A stretch of DNA of 60,878 nucleotides from Candidatus Aerophobetes bacterium Ae_b3a (lineage in GTDB: Bacteria; Aerophobota; Aerophobia; Aerophobales; AE-B3A): positions 1-60,878 of the forward strand of contig NJBQ01000004.1 of NCBI GenBank assembly GCA_005223095.1, read 5' to 3'. Positions 18,447-28,317 of this stretch are shown one piece after another. The number at the start of each line of letters is the position of its first letter. The stretch's first letter is position 1. Position numbers and translations under genes: made by a program. The notes below the pieces were generated by a model, which worked only from the letters and a program-made list of their open reading frames with translations, made no database searches and was not told the DNA's origin.

Positions 18447-18550
18447 TTCAATGTACCAGGCTGAAACAGGGAGTAGTATTCTTGATGAACTAGGAAACTG
18501 TTATAGTCTATCTGAAAACGAGCCTAGAGGGAGAAAGGAGTGAAGTAAGG

Positions 18551-19534
18551 ATGAAAAAACAGGTATTTTCTGGTATTCAGCCAACAGGTAATATTCATAT
18601 TGGAAACTATTTTGGCGCAATGAAGCATTGGGCAGCCTCCCAGGCTGAATTTAGCAATATTTTTTGTATTGTTGACCTGCACGCTATTACTGTTCCTCAA
18701 GACCCTCAAGTTTTAAAGGTAAAAATCCGTGAGGTAGCCGGTCTTCTCTTTGCCGCTGGCATTAACTGGCAAGAGTCTGCAGTTTTTTTACAATCTCAGG
18801 TCAGTGCTCACGCTGAATTAGCCTGGATTCTCAACTGCTTCATCCCCACAGGATGGATGAAGCGGATGACACAGTTCAAAGAAAAGTCAGAGAAGATGAA
18901 GGATGAGGTGAGTGTTGGTCTTTTTGATTATCCGGCCCTGATGGCTGCTGATATTCTACTTTATGAAGCAGACCTGGTGCCAGTTGGTGAGGACCAGAAA
19001 CAGCATGTAGAGTTTACCCGAGATATTGCACAAAGGTTTAATTCAATCTACGGGAAGACTCTTAAAGTACCAGAGCCACTAATTCCTAAAGTGGGTGCCC
19101 GTATAATGGGACTGGATGACCCCAGCAAGAAGATGAGTAAAAGTGAGGGAAAGTCAGCTCATGCGGTCAACTTACTTGATTCACCAGATATCATTCGTTC
19201 TAAAATCGGACGAGCTACTACAGATTCGCTGCGTGAAATTCGTTTTGATAAGAATCGTCCCGGAATATATAATCTCTTAGTTATCTATGAGCTTTTTACC
19301 GGTCTCGCCAGGCCAGATATAGAGAGGCACTTTCAAGGAAAGGGTTATGCAGATTTCAAAAGAGAGCTGGCCGAAGTAGTTGTTGAAGGTTTGCGTCCCC
19401 TGCAGTCTCGTTATCATGAGTTGACAGCCGATCCAAAATATATAGACTCCTTATTCATAGAGGGAGCATCTAAAGTCCGCCCAACCGCAGAGAGAACTTT
19501 GAAAAAGGTTAAAGAAAGGGTAGGGCTTGGATAA
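18551..19534 (+). CDS. trpS: tryptophan--tRNA ligase (bacterial type)
   Basis: SGIQPTG, HIGN, VPVGEDQKQH, KMSKS. Confidence 0.97.
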   Translation: MKKQVFSGIQPTGNIHIGNYFGAMKHWAASQAEFSNIFCIVDLHAITVPQDPQVLKVKIREVAGLLFAAGINWQESAVFLQSQVSAHAELAWILNCFIPTGWMKRMTQFKEKSEKMKDEVSVGLFDYPALMAADILLYEADLVPVGEDQKQHVEFTRDIAQRFNSIYGKTLKVPEPLIPKVGARIMGLDDPSKKMSKSEGKSAHAVNLLDSPDIIRSKIGRATTDSLREIRFDKNRPGIYNLLVIYELFTGLARPDIERHFQGKGYADFKRELAEVVVEGLRPLQSRYHELTADPKYIDSLFIEGASKVRPTAERTLKKVKERVGLG

Positions 19535-19574
19535 TAGATAATAAGTAAATCTGAATAGAGGAAGAGGTGTTGAT

Positions 19575-21476
19575 TTGAGAACCCTGGGTATCCACACAAA
19601 GTACTTTCGTTTCGAGAGCAAAGAGAAGGCAACCCAAGCTGCCGAATCTCTTTTATCGGAGCGACACAAGGTTAGTATTGAGCGAGAATGCCTGGTTATT
19701 TTTATCTCAGTGGAAAAAGAAGATTCGGCTTCACCGCTCTCGCTGGCGGCTCAGTTAGCTGCTGACACTTTGAAAAGGGCTAAACAGCTTAAGGTAAAGA
19801 CGGTAATCCTTTATCCCTATGTTCATCTTACTGAGAATCCCAGCACACCACGTATTGCTTTGAAAGTTCTGGATGAAGTAGATTCACGTTTGGCAGAATT
19901 ACTTGAAGTGATTCGTGCGCCATTTGGTTGGTACAAAGCGTTCGAAATGGCCTGCCTTGGACATCCGCTCTCGGAGTGGAGTGGAAGGTATTCTCCTGAT
20001 GAGAAGGAAGGAATTCCGCATAAAGAGAAGTCCAAAAGAAAACCGAGTGCTTTTACCCGTTTTATCCTCGCCGACCTGGAAGGCAATACCTTTGATGTTA
20101 CTCCAGCAAACTTCGCCGAATGTCCGATTTTTTCCTACACTCCACCTATATATAATCTGTTAAAACAGTTCGTCTCAAATGAGCTGAGGCAGGGCGTATC
20201 TTTAGAAGAGTCTCCCAGACATATCGCTTATATGCGAAGACATCAACTTGTGGATTACTGTGACGTTTCTGAAAAAGGACATTACAAGTGGTATCCTAAA
20301 GGAGTACTGATCCAGAAGCTGATTCTTGACTATGCTTCAGAGTTGGCTCAGGAATGGGGAGCTTTTGAGATGAAGAATCCTCTGCTGATTCGGGGAGACC
20401 ACAATGTTGTGGGCGAATTGATGGGAGAATTCCATGAACGGGATTACGAGGTAGATGGAGGCAGAGGTATCTGTTATCTCCGTTATGCTTCCGACCCGGG
20501 GGCTTTTCCTTTCATGCAGAATGTCCGCTTCACCTATAAGCAGACACCTTTAAGAGTGTATGAGGAGACTACCTGCTTTCGTAATGAACAGGAAGGAGAG
20601 GTAAGTGGCCTTAAACGAGTGAGGAATTTTATAATGACAGATATGCACGCAGCTTGCTCCAATCTGCCCGAGGCACATAAGGAATTTGAGGCTTTATGTC
20701 TTAAGTTCGCAGACCTGATGAATGACATCATTGCTGAAGAGCGTTGGGTACTCGGTTGGGAAGGCACTATAGATTTCTTTGAAGAAAATAAAGAGTGGCT
20801 TATCAGTATTGGGAAAAAGATGGGAGTTCCGGCATTTTTCAAACTTATGCCAGAGATGAGCCATTATTATGTAATCAAGAACGAATATCAATTTATTGCT
20901 GAGGATAAATCCAATATTCAAGTGAGCACTGTGCAGTGGGATGTAAAAGACGGTGAGAGATTCAATATTGCTTATATTGATGAGCAAGACCAAAAGAGAC
21001 CCTGTCCTGTTATTATTCACGCTTCCAGTTTTGGAAGCATCGAGAGGACTCTCTGTGCCATTTTAGAGAATATTGCTCTTGATGAAACAAAGGGCGTTCC
21101 TCCCATGTTCCCTGGCTGGCTGGCTCCTACCCAGGTGAGAATAATTCCTGTTTCCGATACTTACCTTCCATTTGCCATAGATATCTGCGATAGAATTTCC
21201 GGTCAGAGTATTCGCGCAGACATAGACGACCGCGATGATACTGTTGGTAAAAAGATTCGTAATGGAGAGAAGGAGTGGATTCCCTATCTTCTTGTTGTGG
21301 GAGAAAAGGAGAAAACCTCTGGTCAACTCACTGTGAGGTCACGAGAGGATAGAAGTCAAAAAGAGATGGCAGTTGATGATTTCATAGAGATGGTTTCAAA
21401 GAAGACAAGAGGGATGCCTTTTCGACCATTACCATTACCCAGGCTAGTCAGTAAAGCGCCTCTCTTTTATGGATGA
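19575..21476 (+). CDS. thrS: threonine--tRNA ligase, archaeal type with DTD-like editing domain
   Basis: N-terminal YPYVHL, RAPFGWYKAF, GHPLSE; class II core FRNEQ.GE..GL.R.R.F.M.DMH, GSIER; anticodon domain WLAPTQVRIIP. Confidence 0.92.
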   Translation: MRTLGIHTKYFRFESKEKATQAAESLLSERHKVSIERECLVIFISVEKEDSASPLSLAAQLAADTLKRAKQLKVKTVILYPYVHLTENPSTPRIALKVLDEVDSRLAELLEVIRAPFGWYKAFEMACLGHPLSEWSGRYSPDEKEGIPHKEKSKRKPSAFTRFILADLEGNTFDVTPANFAECPIFSYTPPIYNLLKQFVSNELRQGVSLEESPRHIAYMRRHQLVDYCDVSEKGHYKWYPKGVLIQKLILDYASELAQEWGAFEMKNPLLIRGDHNVVGELMGEFHERDYEVDGGRGICYLRYASDPGAFPFMQNVRFTYKQTPLRVYEETTCFRNEQEGEVSGLKRVRNFIMTDMHAACSNLPEAHKEFEALCLKFADLMNDIIAEERWVLGWEGTIDFFEENKEWLISIGKKMGVPAFFKLMPEMSHYYVIKNEYQFIAEDKSNIQVSTVQWDVKDGERFNIAYIDEQDQKRPCPVIIHASSFGSIERTLCAILENIALDETKGVPPMFPGWLAPTQVRIIPVSDTYLPFAIDICDRISGQSIRADIDDRDDTVGKKIRNGEKEWIPYLLVVGEKEKTSGQLTVRSREDRSQKEMAVDDFIEMVSKKTRGMPFRPLPLPRLVSKAPLFYG

Positions 21477-21537
21477 ACTGACGCTTTGGAATAGCCTAAC
21501 CAGACCGACGGCTCACCTTATCCTAAGCTCCGCATAG

Positions 21538-21566
21538 TTGACAACCATTGAAATTTATCTTAATCT
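21538..21566 (+). promoter_or_regulatory. sigma70 promoter, array copy 3
   Basis: TTGACA-accattgaaatttatct-TAATCT; similarity to 18418 extends through ctttcaa..accagg. Confidence 0.65.
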
Positions 21567-21653
21567 TTCAACAACCAGGAAGATTATCATACAATGATCT
21601 TCTGAATCTCTAGAAAAATTTTCTATGTCTATCTCAAGGTGAGTTTATGAGTT

Positions 21654-21962
21654 ATGAGGAGTAAAACAACAATGAAAAAGGAAGTTTTTGAGACAGAATT
21701 AAAGAAGATTGTTAGTATTAGCAAGGAGTTTGGGGCAAAAAAAGTACTATTATTCGGTTCATGTCTCGAGGATATTGAATCTGCTCAGGATATTGATATA
21801 GCAATCGGTGGCATTAAACCCAAAGAGTTTTTTAAATATTATGGTAAAGTGTCCATGGTAGTTGATGATGAGGTTGATATAGTCGATTTGGATGATGTAA
21901 GAGAACATTTTTATAAAAGAATTTTGTCTAAAGGAAAAGTCATATATGAAAGAGGAGTATAA
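21654..21962 (+). CDS. minimal nucleotidyltransferase (MNT) antitoxin
   Basis: LLFGS, DIDIA, VDIVDL. Confidence 0.9.
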   Translation: MRSKTTMKKEVFETELKKIVSISKEFGAKKVLLFGSCLEDIESAQDIDIAIGGIKPKEFFKYYGKVSMVVDDEVDIVDLDDVREHFYKRILSKGKVIYERGV

Positions 21963-22407
21963 GGAATTAAAAGAGGACGTGTTAGATGAGGAAAGAGCTA
22001 TAGAAGAAACCTTAGTAAGACTCTATAAGGTTAGAAATAAGTTCGGTCTCCAAATAAAAGATTTTTCTATAGAACCAGCAATGGGGACTTATTTGATGAA
22101 TTTTTATAATGGGATAGAGAATATTTTAAAGCGTGTAGGCAAAAAGTATTACTCAACTACGCCTGAAGGAAGGAGTTGGCATAAGGAACTTCTGATTTTG
22201 TCATTTAGTCCACCGGAAGGAAAGGCTGCAATATTTAATCAAAATATAGTAGAGAGATTACATTCTTACCGAAACTTTAGGCATCGATTTATAAGTGGAT
22301 ATGGTTTTCAGCTAAAAGGTGAAAAGATGCTAGAGTTAATAGATAATATCGAGTCATTATGGAATGATACAAAGAAGGCTATTTCAGATTTTTGGGATAA
22401 ATTATAA
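21946..22407 (+). CDS. HEPN (HepT-like) ribonuclease toxin
   Basis: FYNGIENI, WHKELL, RNFRH; overlaps MNT. Confidence 0.9.
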   Translation: MKEEYKELKEDVLDEERAIEETLVRLYKVRNKFGLQIKDFSIEPAMGTYLMNFYNGIENILKRVGKKYYSTTPEGRSWHKELLILSFSPPEGKAAIFNQNIVERLHSYRNFRHRFISGYGFQLKGEKMLELIDNIESLWNDTKKAISDFWDKL

Positions 22408-22510
22408 CCTTTATTTTTCAAGTTCACCAGCCAATAAGCTTAAGTAGATATTGGATATGCTTTCAAAAATCTTCACCGTACTACCTCAGACTTTTTCAGG
22501 CCATGATGGA

Positions 22511-22539
22511 TTGACAATCACAGAATTCTATCCTAACTT
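22511..22539 (+). promoter_or_regulatory. sigma70 promoter, array copy 4
   Basis: TTGACA-atcacagaattctatcc-TAACTT. Confidence 0.55.
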
Positions 22540-22647
22540 ATGCCCAGGGATTGCTATCGAGAGTTATTGGTCGCAAGTGCGGATGTAATTTGTTATACAT
22601 CATGTTTAGGTAGTGACCTTTGCTATTTCTTACTTAGAGGTAAACTC

Positions 22648-23505
22648 ATGAAGATCGATTTCGGCCGAGAAAAACAATGGTGGGATGCCAAAGCTCCAAA
22701 GGAAGAGCAATGTCTAGCTGATGAAGCCATAAATAGAGCTCTTAGGTGGCGCGAGATCGAACGGCACCTGAAAGAAGTGGAAACCATTCTGGATGTTGGT
22801 GCTGGTACAGGTGCTTTTTCAATTCTTCTTGCGCAACGCGGCTATTCAGTTACTCACCTGGATTTTTCTCCGGTCATGTTGGAAATTGCACGCCAAAAGG
22901 CTCAAAATGTAAAGAACATCCGTTTCATTGAAGGAAATGCGGTAGATCTGTCACAGTTTCTAGATCGTTCTTTTGATCTGGTTTTAAACATGGACGGTGC
23001 TATTTCCTTCTGTGGCTCTGAGGCAAAACGAGCCATCCTTGAGAGTTGCCGGGTTACCAAGAAAAAACTGATTATCACTGTTTCCCATAGAGCCTGGATG
23101 GTTTCCTGTTGGGTAATTGCAAGCTTGGAGGCAGCAGGGCGTTTCCTCCCAGCCGTCTATGCAATGTTAGACAGTGGTGAGTGGCACCAAGAGCAGTTCC
23201 CCCAGAATACTAATCTGACTAAAGGACTAACACAAGATTACTTTGGACCCTTCAAAGCATTTTTACCCAATGAGTTAAGAAAAACGCTATAGCACGCCGA
23301 TATGAGAATTATACGAATTGGTGGTCTTGGCTCCCTAACTAACCTATGTGGGAGAGAAGCGCTTGAGCAGGTACTAGGAAATAAGGCCCTCTTTCAGAGA
23401 TTCCTTGATCTCTGCGAGCATTTCGACAAAGAGATATTACCGGAGGGTCCCGGGACAAAACAAAGAGCGGGTCTGATTGCCGTAGCAGAACGAATAGAGA
23501 GTTAA
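22648..23505 (+). pseudogene. class I SAM-dependent methyltransferase interrupted by in-frame TAG (23290-23292)
   Basis: ILDVGAGTG motif; ORFs 22540-23292 and 23302-23505 share one frame, separated only by TAG-CAC-GCC-GAT. Confidence 0.8.
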
Positions 23506-23596
23506 TGAACAAAAGGAGTTTTCACGCAGTCTGACGTTAGGTGGCATTCTAAAATACTTTGCCAGCAGTGGGTGGTTTCTTTGTAGATAATCAAAT

Positions 23597-24403
23597 ATGA
23601 CGATTAGGGGTGAAGAATTGGAGATTATTGCAGATATGCACGTTCATTCGAAATTTTCCGTTGATGGCAAAGATAATCTGATGGCTATGTGTCAAGCAGC
23701 AATTGAAAAAGGTGTAAAATATATCTGTTTTACAGAGCATTTTGATATGAATCCAAAAGATCGCGGATACGGTTATTTTAATTTTGAGAAATTTTCAGAG
23801 GCAATAGATTCAGCAAAAAATAAGTTCGGAGACAGTTTATATATCCTGAAGGGATTAGAGTTTAGCGAGCCCCATTTACATCCAGAAGAATTTGAAGAAA
23901 TGGTAAGAAAAGACTTTGATGTAATGATTGGCTCAGTTCATTGGCTAGGGGGATTTATTGTAGGTCAAAAAGAACTTGAGGAAAAATTTACGAAAGAAGA
24001 GATTTTCAAGAAGTACTACAGGGAAGTTTTGAGAGCAACAAAATTCGGTGGGTTTGATATTCTAGCGCATCTGGACTTTCCCAAACGATACTTAAAACAA
24101 TCATATAATGAGTGGAATTTAGTAGATGAAATCTTGAGTGAACTAACTAAATCTGATATTGCCTTAGAAATTAATACTTCACCATTAAGAAAGGGATTGA
24201 ATGAATGCTCTCCTGATAAAGAACTGCTGGAAAGATACATAAAACATAAGGGAAGTAGAGTGTCTATTGGTTCAGATGCTCATTCTTCTCTGGATATAGG
24301 AGAGGGTTTTGCATATGCAGAAGATTTAACAAAAAGGAATAATAAGATAAAGGTAGGGATATTCCAGCAGCGAAAGTTTGTTTCAATTGATGAGGAAAGA
24401 TAG
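23597..24403 (+). CDS. PHP-domain histidinol-phosphatase (HisK/HisJ family)
   Basis: DMHVHS.FS.DG, FTEH, GSVH, LAHLD, EINTS, GSDAH. Confidence 0.9.
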   Translation: MTIRGEELEIIADMHVHSKFSVDGKDNLMAMCQAAIEKGVKYICFTEHFDMNPKDRGYGYFNFEKFSEAIDSAKNKFGDSLYILKGLEFSEPHLHPEEFEEMVRKDFDVMIGSVHWLGGFIVGQKELEEKFTKEEIFKKYYREVLRATKFGGFDILAHLDFPKRYLKQSYNEWNLVDEILSELTKSDIALEINTSPLRKGLNECSPDKELLERYIKHKGSRVSIGSDAHSSLDIGEGFAYAEDLTKRNNKIKVGIFQQRKFVSIDEER

Positions 24404-24748
24404 ATGGATAAGATGATTGCTTTTTGCGGAATAGTCTGTACTGAGTGTGAAGCATTTCTGGCTACCCAAAAAGATGACGATAATGAAAGAAGGAAAGTTG
24501 CTGAGCTGTGGTGCAAGGAATTCAAGGCAGAGATTAAGCCAGAAGATATTAACTGCGACGGCTGTTTGTCAGAGAATGGACGGCTTTTTGATCACTGTAA
24601 AGTTTGTGAAATAAGGCAGTGTGCTCAGGAGAAAGACATCAAGAATTGTGCTTATTGTGATGATTATGCTTGCGAAAAGTTAAACAAATTCTTTGATGAA
24701 GCGTCTGAGGCAAAGATTACCCTTGAAGAAATCAGAAAAAGCTTTTAG
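24404..24748 (+). CDS. DUF3795 Cys-rich protein
   Basis: CGIVCTEC, CDGC, C.IRQC, NCAYC..Y.C. Confidence 0.85.
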   Translation: MDKMIAFCGIVCTECEAFLATQKDDDNERRKVAELWCKEFKAEIKPEDINCDGCLSENGRLFDHCKVCEIRQCAQEKDIKNCAYCDDYACEKLNKFFDEASEAKITLEEIRKSF

Positions 24749-24943
24749 GTTCGTCAAATAATGAGTTAGCCCTGCATAAATTAGTATGTTTAATTTTAAT
24801 TTGATTATTTTCTATTCTAAAAGGAAAATCTTTTTAAAGTTTAATGTTAAGATATTTGAGGGGGAAAACATTCCCCCTCAACGGCCTTCGGCCTGCTCCC
24901 CCTGTTAAGCCAAGAAATTATTGAAATTCGGATACTACAATCT

Positions 24944-25438
24944 ATGGCTAAAGTAGAGCTAAGACCCCAAAGGGTTTCAGATGCAAAAAGATTTTATCAA
25001 ATAATAAAAAATCCAAACTTTGAGTTTATGCGTATTCCTTTAGATAGCATCAAGGATGAAATCAAATTCTTGAAGCAAAATGCTTCAAGGAGGCGTAAGA
25101 ATTTTGCATACAACTACACAATCCTCTGCGATGGTGAAATTGTTGGTGGTTGTGGAATTAAGATTGACCAACATAGAACTTTCAATGGCGAAATATCGTA
25201 CTTCATTGACCAGGCATATTGGGGAAAAGGAATTGCAGCTCAAGCAGTTGAGAAACTAGAAAAAATTGGGTTCGATCAATTAAAGCTAAGGAGAATTGAA
25301 ATTATTATGAATGTTCACCATAAGGCAAGCGAAAAGGTCGCCATCAAATGCGGCTACAAGAAAGAAGGTGTTATGAAAAAAGCTATAAAAACTGGCAAAA
25401 GTTATTATGACGCTTTCTTATATGCAAAAGTGAAATAG
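24944..25438 (+). CDS. RimJ/RimL-family GNAT acetyltransferase
   Basis: YWGKGIA, AS.KVA.KCGY.KEG. Confidence 0.9.
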   Translation: MAKVELRPQRVSDAKRFYQIIKNPNFEFMRIPLDSIKDEIKFLKQNASRRRKNFAYNYTILCDGEIVGGCGIKIDQHRTFNGEISYFIDQAYWGKGIAAQAVEKLEKIGFDQLKLRRIEIIMNVHHKASEKVAIKCGYKKEGVMKKAIKTGKSYYDAFLYAKVK

Positions 25439-25463
25439 CACCCCAAGTTTATCCCACCTGGTT

Positions 25464-25492
25464 TGACATTCCTTAGTTTCCAGTCTATAATC
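25464..25492 (+). promoter_or_regulatory. consensus sigma70 promoter
   Basis: TTGACA-17-TATAAT about 210 nt upstream of rnfC. Confidence 0.8.
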
Positions 25493-25699
25493 GTGTCATG
25501 GGTGATATAAACTAATCATGTAGGCTCTTTTTTTGCCTGCAGTTCCAACACTATTCGTCTCTTTCTCGACTCGTCCCATAAGATTTCTTTAGTTCTTAGA
25601 ATAGGGTCGCTCAGTCAGTAAGTGTTAGATTAAGAGTTCTTAAGGTTCGCAGGTATCTGGATAGGGATATCTGGAGAAGGTAAAGAGGGAAAGGGAAAG

Positions 25700-27082
25700 A
25701 TGAAGACATTCAAGCAAGGAATCTATCTTAAAGAAAACAAGGAACTCAGTGAAGAGCAAAGAATAAGAAGGATATCTCCTCCCGCTAAAGTTATTCTTCC
25801 CCTTGCTCAACATATTGGTGCTCCTTGCGAACCGCTGGTGAAAAAGGGAGATTTGGTGAAGAAAGGAGAAAAGATCGCTGACAGTGACTCTTTTGTCTCC
25901 AGTCCCATCCACGCCAGTATATCGGGAAAAGTTACCTCAATCGAGAAGATGCCTCATCCGGTGGGAGGTGGGGTTACTGCTATAGTCATTAAAAGAGAAG
26001 ATGGTAAGGAGGAAGGGCAAATCAGGGATGAAGACAATGAAGGAGGCGAAATCTGGGAGAGAGAGAACAAGGAACTTGAAATTTCTTCATTAAAGGCAGA
26101 AGAGATCCGAGGAAAAATTCGGGAGGCAGGAATAGTAGGATTAGGTGGGGCAGCTTTCCCTACCCATGTTAAGCTTAGTCCTCCCAAAGACAAACCCATT
26201 GAGACCATAATCTTAAATGGTTGTGAATGCGAGCCCTATTTGACCAGTGACCATCGTATTATGCTGGAAAGAGCGGATGATTGTATCTATGGCTTGAAGG
26301 CAATTATGAAAGCTGTAGGCGCAAAGTCAGGCTATGTAGCTATTGAAAAAAACAAGTCCCAAGCTATAGCTCTTTTTAGAGATAAGTTGAAAGATGAGGA
26401 TGGTATAAGGGTGATCTCTCTTAAGACTAAATATCCCCAGGGTGGGGAGAAGATGCTCATTAAGGCTATTTTGAATAGAGAAGTTCCCTGGGCGACTTCC
26501 GATGGAGGGGCTTTGCGCCCTGGGCTTCCTATGGATGTAGGCGTGATAGTGAATAATGTGGGGACAGCCGTAGCCATTACTGAAGCAATAAAGTGGGGTA
26601 GGCCACTATTGGAAAGAGTAGTTACCATAACTGGCTCAGCAGTAAAGAACCCTTATAACTTATTGGTTCCCCTGGGGACACCTTTCTCTCACATTATAGA
26701 TGAGTGTGGAGGTTTCAAGGAGGATGTGGGTAAAATTATCATGGGTGGTCCAATGATGGGGATTAGTCAATATACTTTAGATATTCCTGTGATTAAGGGA
26801 ACCTCGGGGATTCTTGTATTGACTAAGAAAGAGGCTGTGTTTAGAGAAGAGAAGGCTTGCATAAAATGTGCTCGCTGCATAGACCATTGTCCTATGGGTC
26901 TTCTTCCTACCACCTTAGGTCGTTTAGTGAAGGGGGAAAAGTGGGATAGCTTAAAGGAGTATAACATTAATGAGTGCATTGAATGTGGCTGTTGTAGTTA
27001 TGTTTGTCCTTCCAAGATTCCGCTGGTGCAGTATATCAAACTGGGTAAACTCCAGATTCAGAAAAAGGCTTCCTTAAAATGA
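25700..27082 (+). CDS. rnfC: electron transport complex subunit RnfC/RsxC
   Basis: QHIGAP, GIVGLGGAAFPT, NGCECEPYLT, two CxxCxxC 4Fe-4S motifs. Confidence 0.95.
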   Translation: MKTFKQGIYLKENKELSEEQRIRRISPPAKVILPLAQHIGAPCEPLVKKGDLVKKGEKIADSDSFVSSPIHASISGKVTSIEKMPHPVGGGVTAIVIKREDGKEEGQIRDEDNEGGEIWERENKELEISSLKAEEIRGKIREAGIVGLGGAAFPTHVKLSPPKDKPIETIILNGCECEPYLTSDHRIMLERADDCIYGLKAIMKAVGAKSGYVAIEKNKSQAIALFRDKLKDEDGIRVISLKTKYPQGGEKMLIKAILNREVPWATSDGGALRPGLPMDVGVIVNNVGTAVAITEAIKWGRPLLERVVTITGSAVKNPYNLLVPLGTPFSHIIDECGGFKEDVGKIIMGGPMMGISQYTLDIPVIKGTSGILVLTKKEAVFREEKACIKCARCIDHCPMGLLPTTLGRLVKGEKWDSLKEYNINECIECGCCSYVCPSKIPLVQYIKLGKLQIQKKASLK

Positions 27083-28266
27083 ATAAAGAAGAGGTTATAG
27101 GGCTTGACAAGAAATACGTTATGCACACTTATTCTCGTATTCCTCTGGTGATAGACAGAGGCGAAGGGGTAAGAGTTTGGGGTAAAGATGGTAAAGAATA
27201 TCTTGACTTTATCTCGGGCATAGGAGTGAATGCTATCGGTCACTGCCATCCCGAGGTGGTAGGTGCCATTAACTACCAAACTAAAAAACTTTTTCATTGT
27301 TCAAATCTTTATTATATTGAACTTGAGGCAAAGCTAGCTAAGGCTTTGTGTGATATCTCCTTTGCAGACAAGGTTTTCTTTTCAAACTCTGGCGCTGAGG
27401 CTAATGAGGCAGCTATAAAATTAGCTCGCAAGTTTGGCAGTAAGCAAAATGTTAAGCTGTACGAGATAATCACTATGAAGGATTCATTCCATGGAAGAAC
27501 AATCACTACCCTAAAAGCCACTGGCCAGACCAAATACCAGCACGGTTTTGGGCCCTTTACTCCTGGATTCAGATATGCTCCTTTTAATGACCTGAAATCA
27601 GTGAGAAGCTCTATTTCTGATGAAACCTGCGCCATAATGATGGAGCCTGTCCAGGGAGAAGGGGGACTCAATGTTGCCTGCCAAGATTTCCTTAAAGGAT
27701 TGCGCCAGTTGTGTGATGAAAAAGGGATTTTGTTGATTCTGGATGAGGTGCAGTGTGGTCTGGGAAGAACAGGAAAGCTCTTTGCTTATGAACATTACGG
27801 GATTGAGCCCGACATAATGACTCTGGCCAAGCCTCTGGCAGGAGGAATGCCTATCGGGGTTACTCTAGCCAAAGAGAGAATTGCCTCTTTCTTTGAGCCG
27901 GGAAATCATGCTTCCACCTTTGGCGGGAATCCTGTAGTGTGCTCGGCTGCTCTTGCCTTCCTAAAAGTCGTAGAAGAAGAGGACCTGGTTGAAGGAGCCA
28001 GAGAAAAAGGGGAGTACTTTAGAGAAGAGTTAGAAAAGTTAAGAGAAGCCTTTTCTTTTATCAAGGAAATACGCGGCAAAGGGCTGATGATTGGATTAGA
28101 GCTTACTTTTCCCGGGAAGGGTATAGTGGAGGAATGTCGAGAAGATGGGCTCTTGATTAATTGTACCGCTGAGAATGTGCTTAGATTTCTCCCTCCCTTA
28201 ATTGTCCAGAAAAAGGATATTGATGAGGCAGTTAAGATATTGAGACGCGTGATGTCTCGTATGTGA
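27079..28266 (+). CDS. argD: acetylornithine aminotransferase
   Basis: NSGAEANE, SFHGRT, EPVQGEGG, DEVQCG, TLAK. Confidence 0.92.
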   Translation: MNKEEVIGLDKKYVMHTYSRIPLVIDRGEGVRVWGKDGKEYLDFISGIGVNAIGHCHPEVVGAINYQTKKLFHCSNLYYIELEAKLAKALCDISFADKVFFSNSGAEANEAAIKLARKFGSKQNVKLYEIITMKDSFHGRTITTLKATGQTKYQHGFGPFTPGFRYAPFNDLKSVRSSISDETCAIMMEPVQGEGGLNVACQDFLKGLRQLCDEKGILLILDEVQCGLGRTGKLFAYEHYGIEPDIMTLAKPLAGGMPIGVTLAKERIASFFEPGNHASTFGGNPVVCSAALAFLKVVEEEDLVEGAREKGEYFREELEKLREAFSFIKEIRGKGLMIGLELTFPGKGIVEECREDGLLINCTAENVLRFLPPLIVQKKDIDEAVKILRRVMSRM

Positions 28267-28317
28267 TGCGTCCTACGCAATACGATATACGATACACGTT
28301 TTTGATGGGGTATAGTT

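Noticed and set aside
18460-18550. T-box leader before trpS (agggagtagta resembles a stem I start)
   Set aside because: Leader is too short and no T-box motif or terminator is visible
23290-23292. pyrrolysine codon
   Set aside because: Not a methylamine methyltransferase and no pyl genes in the window; nonsense mutation is more parsimonious
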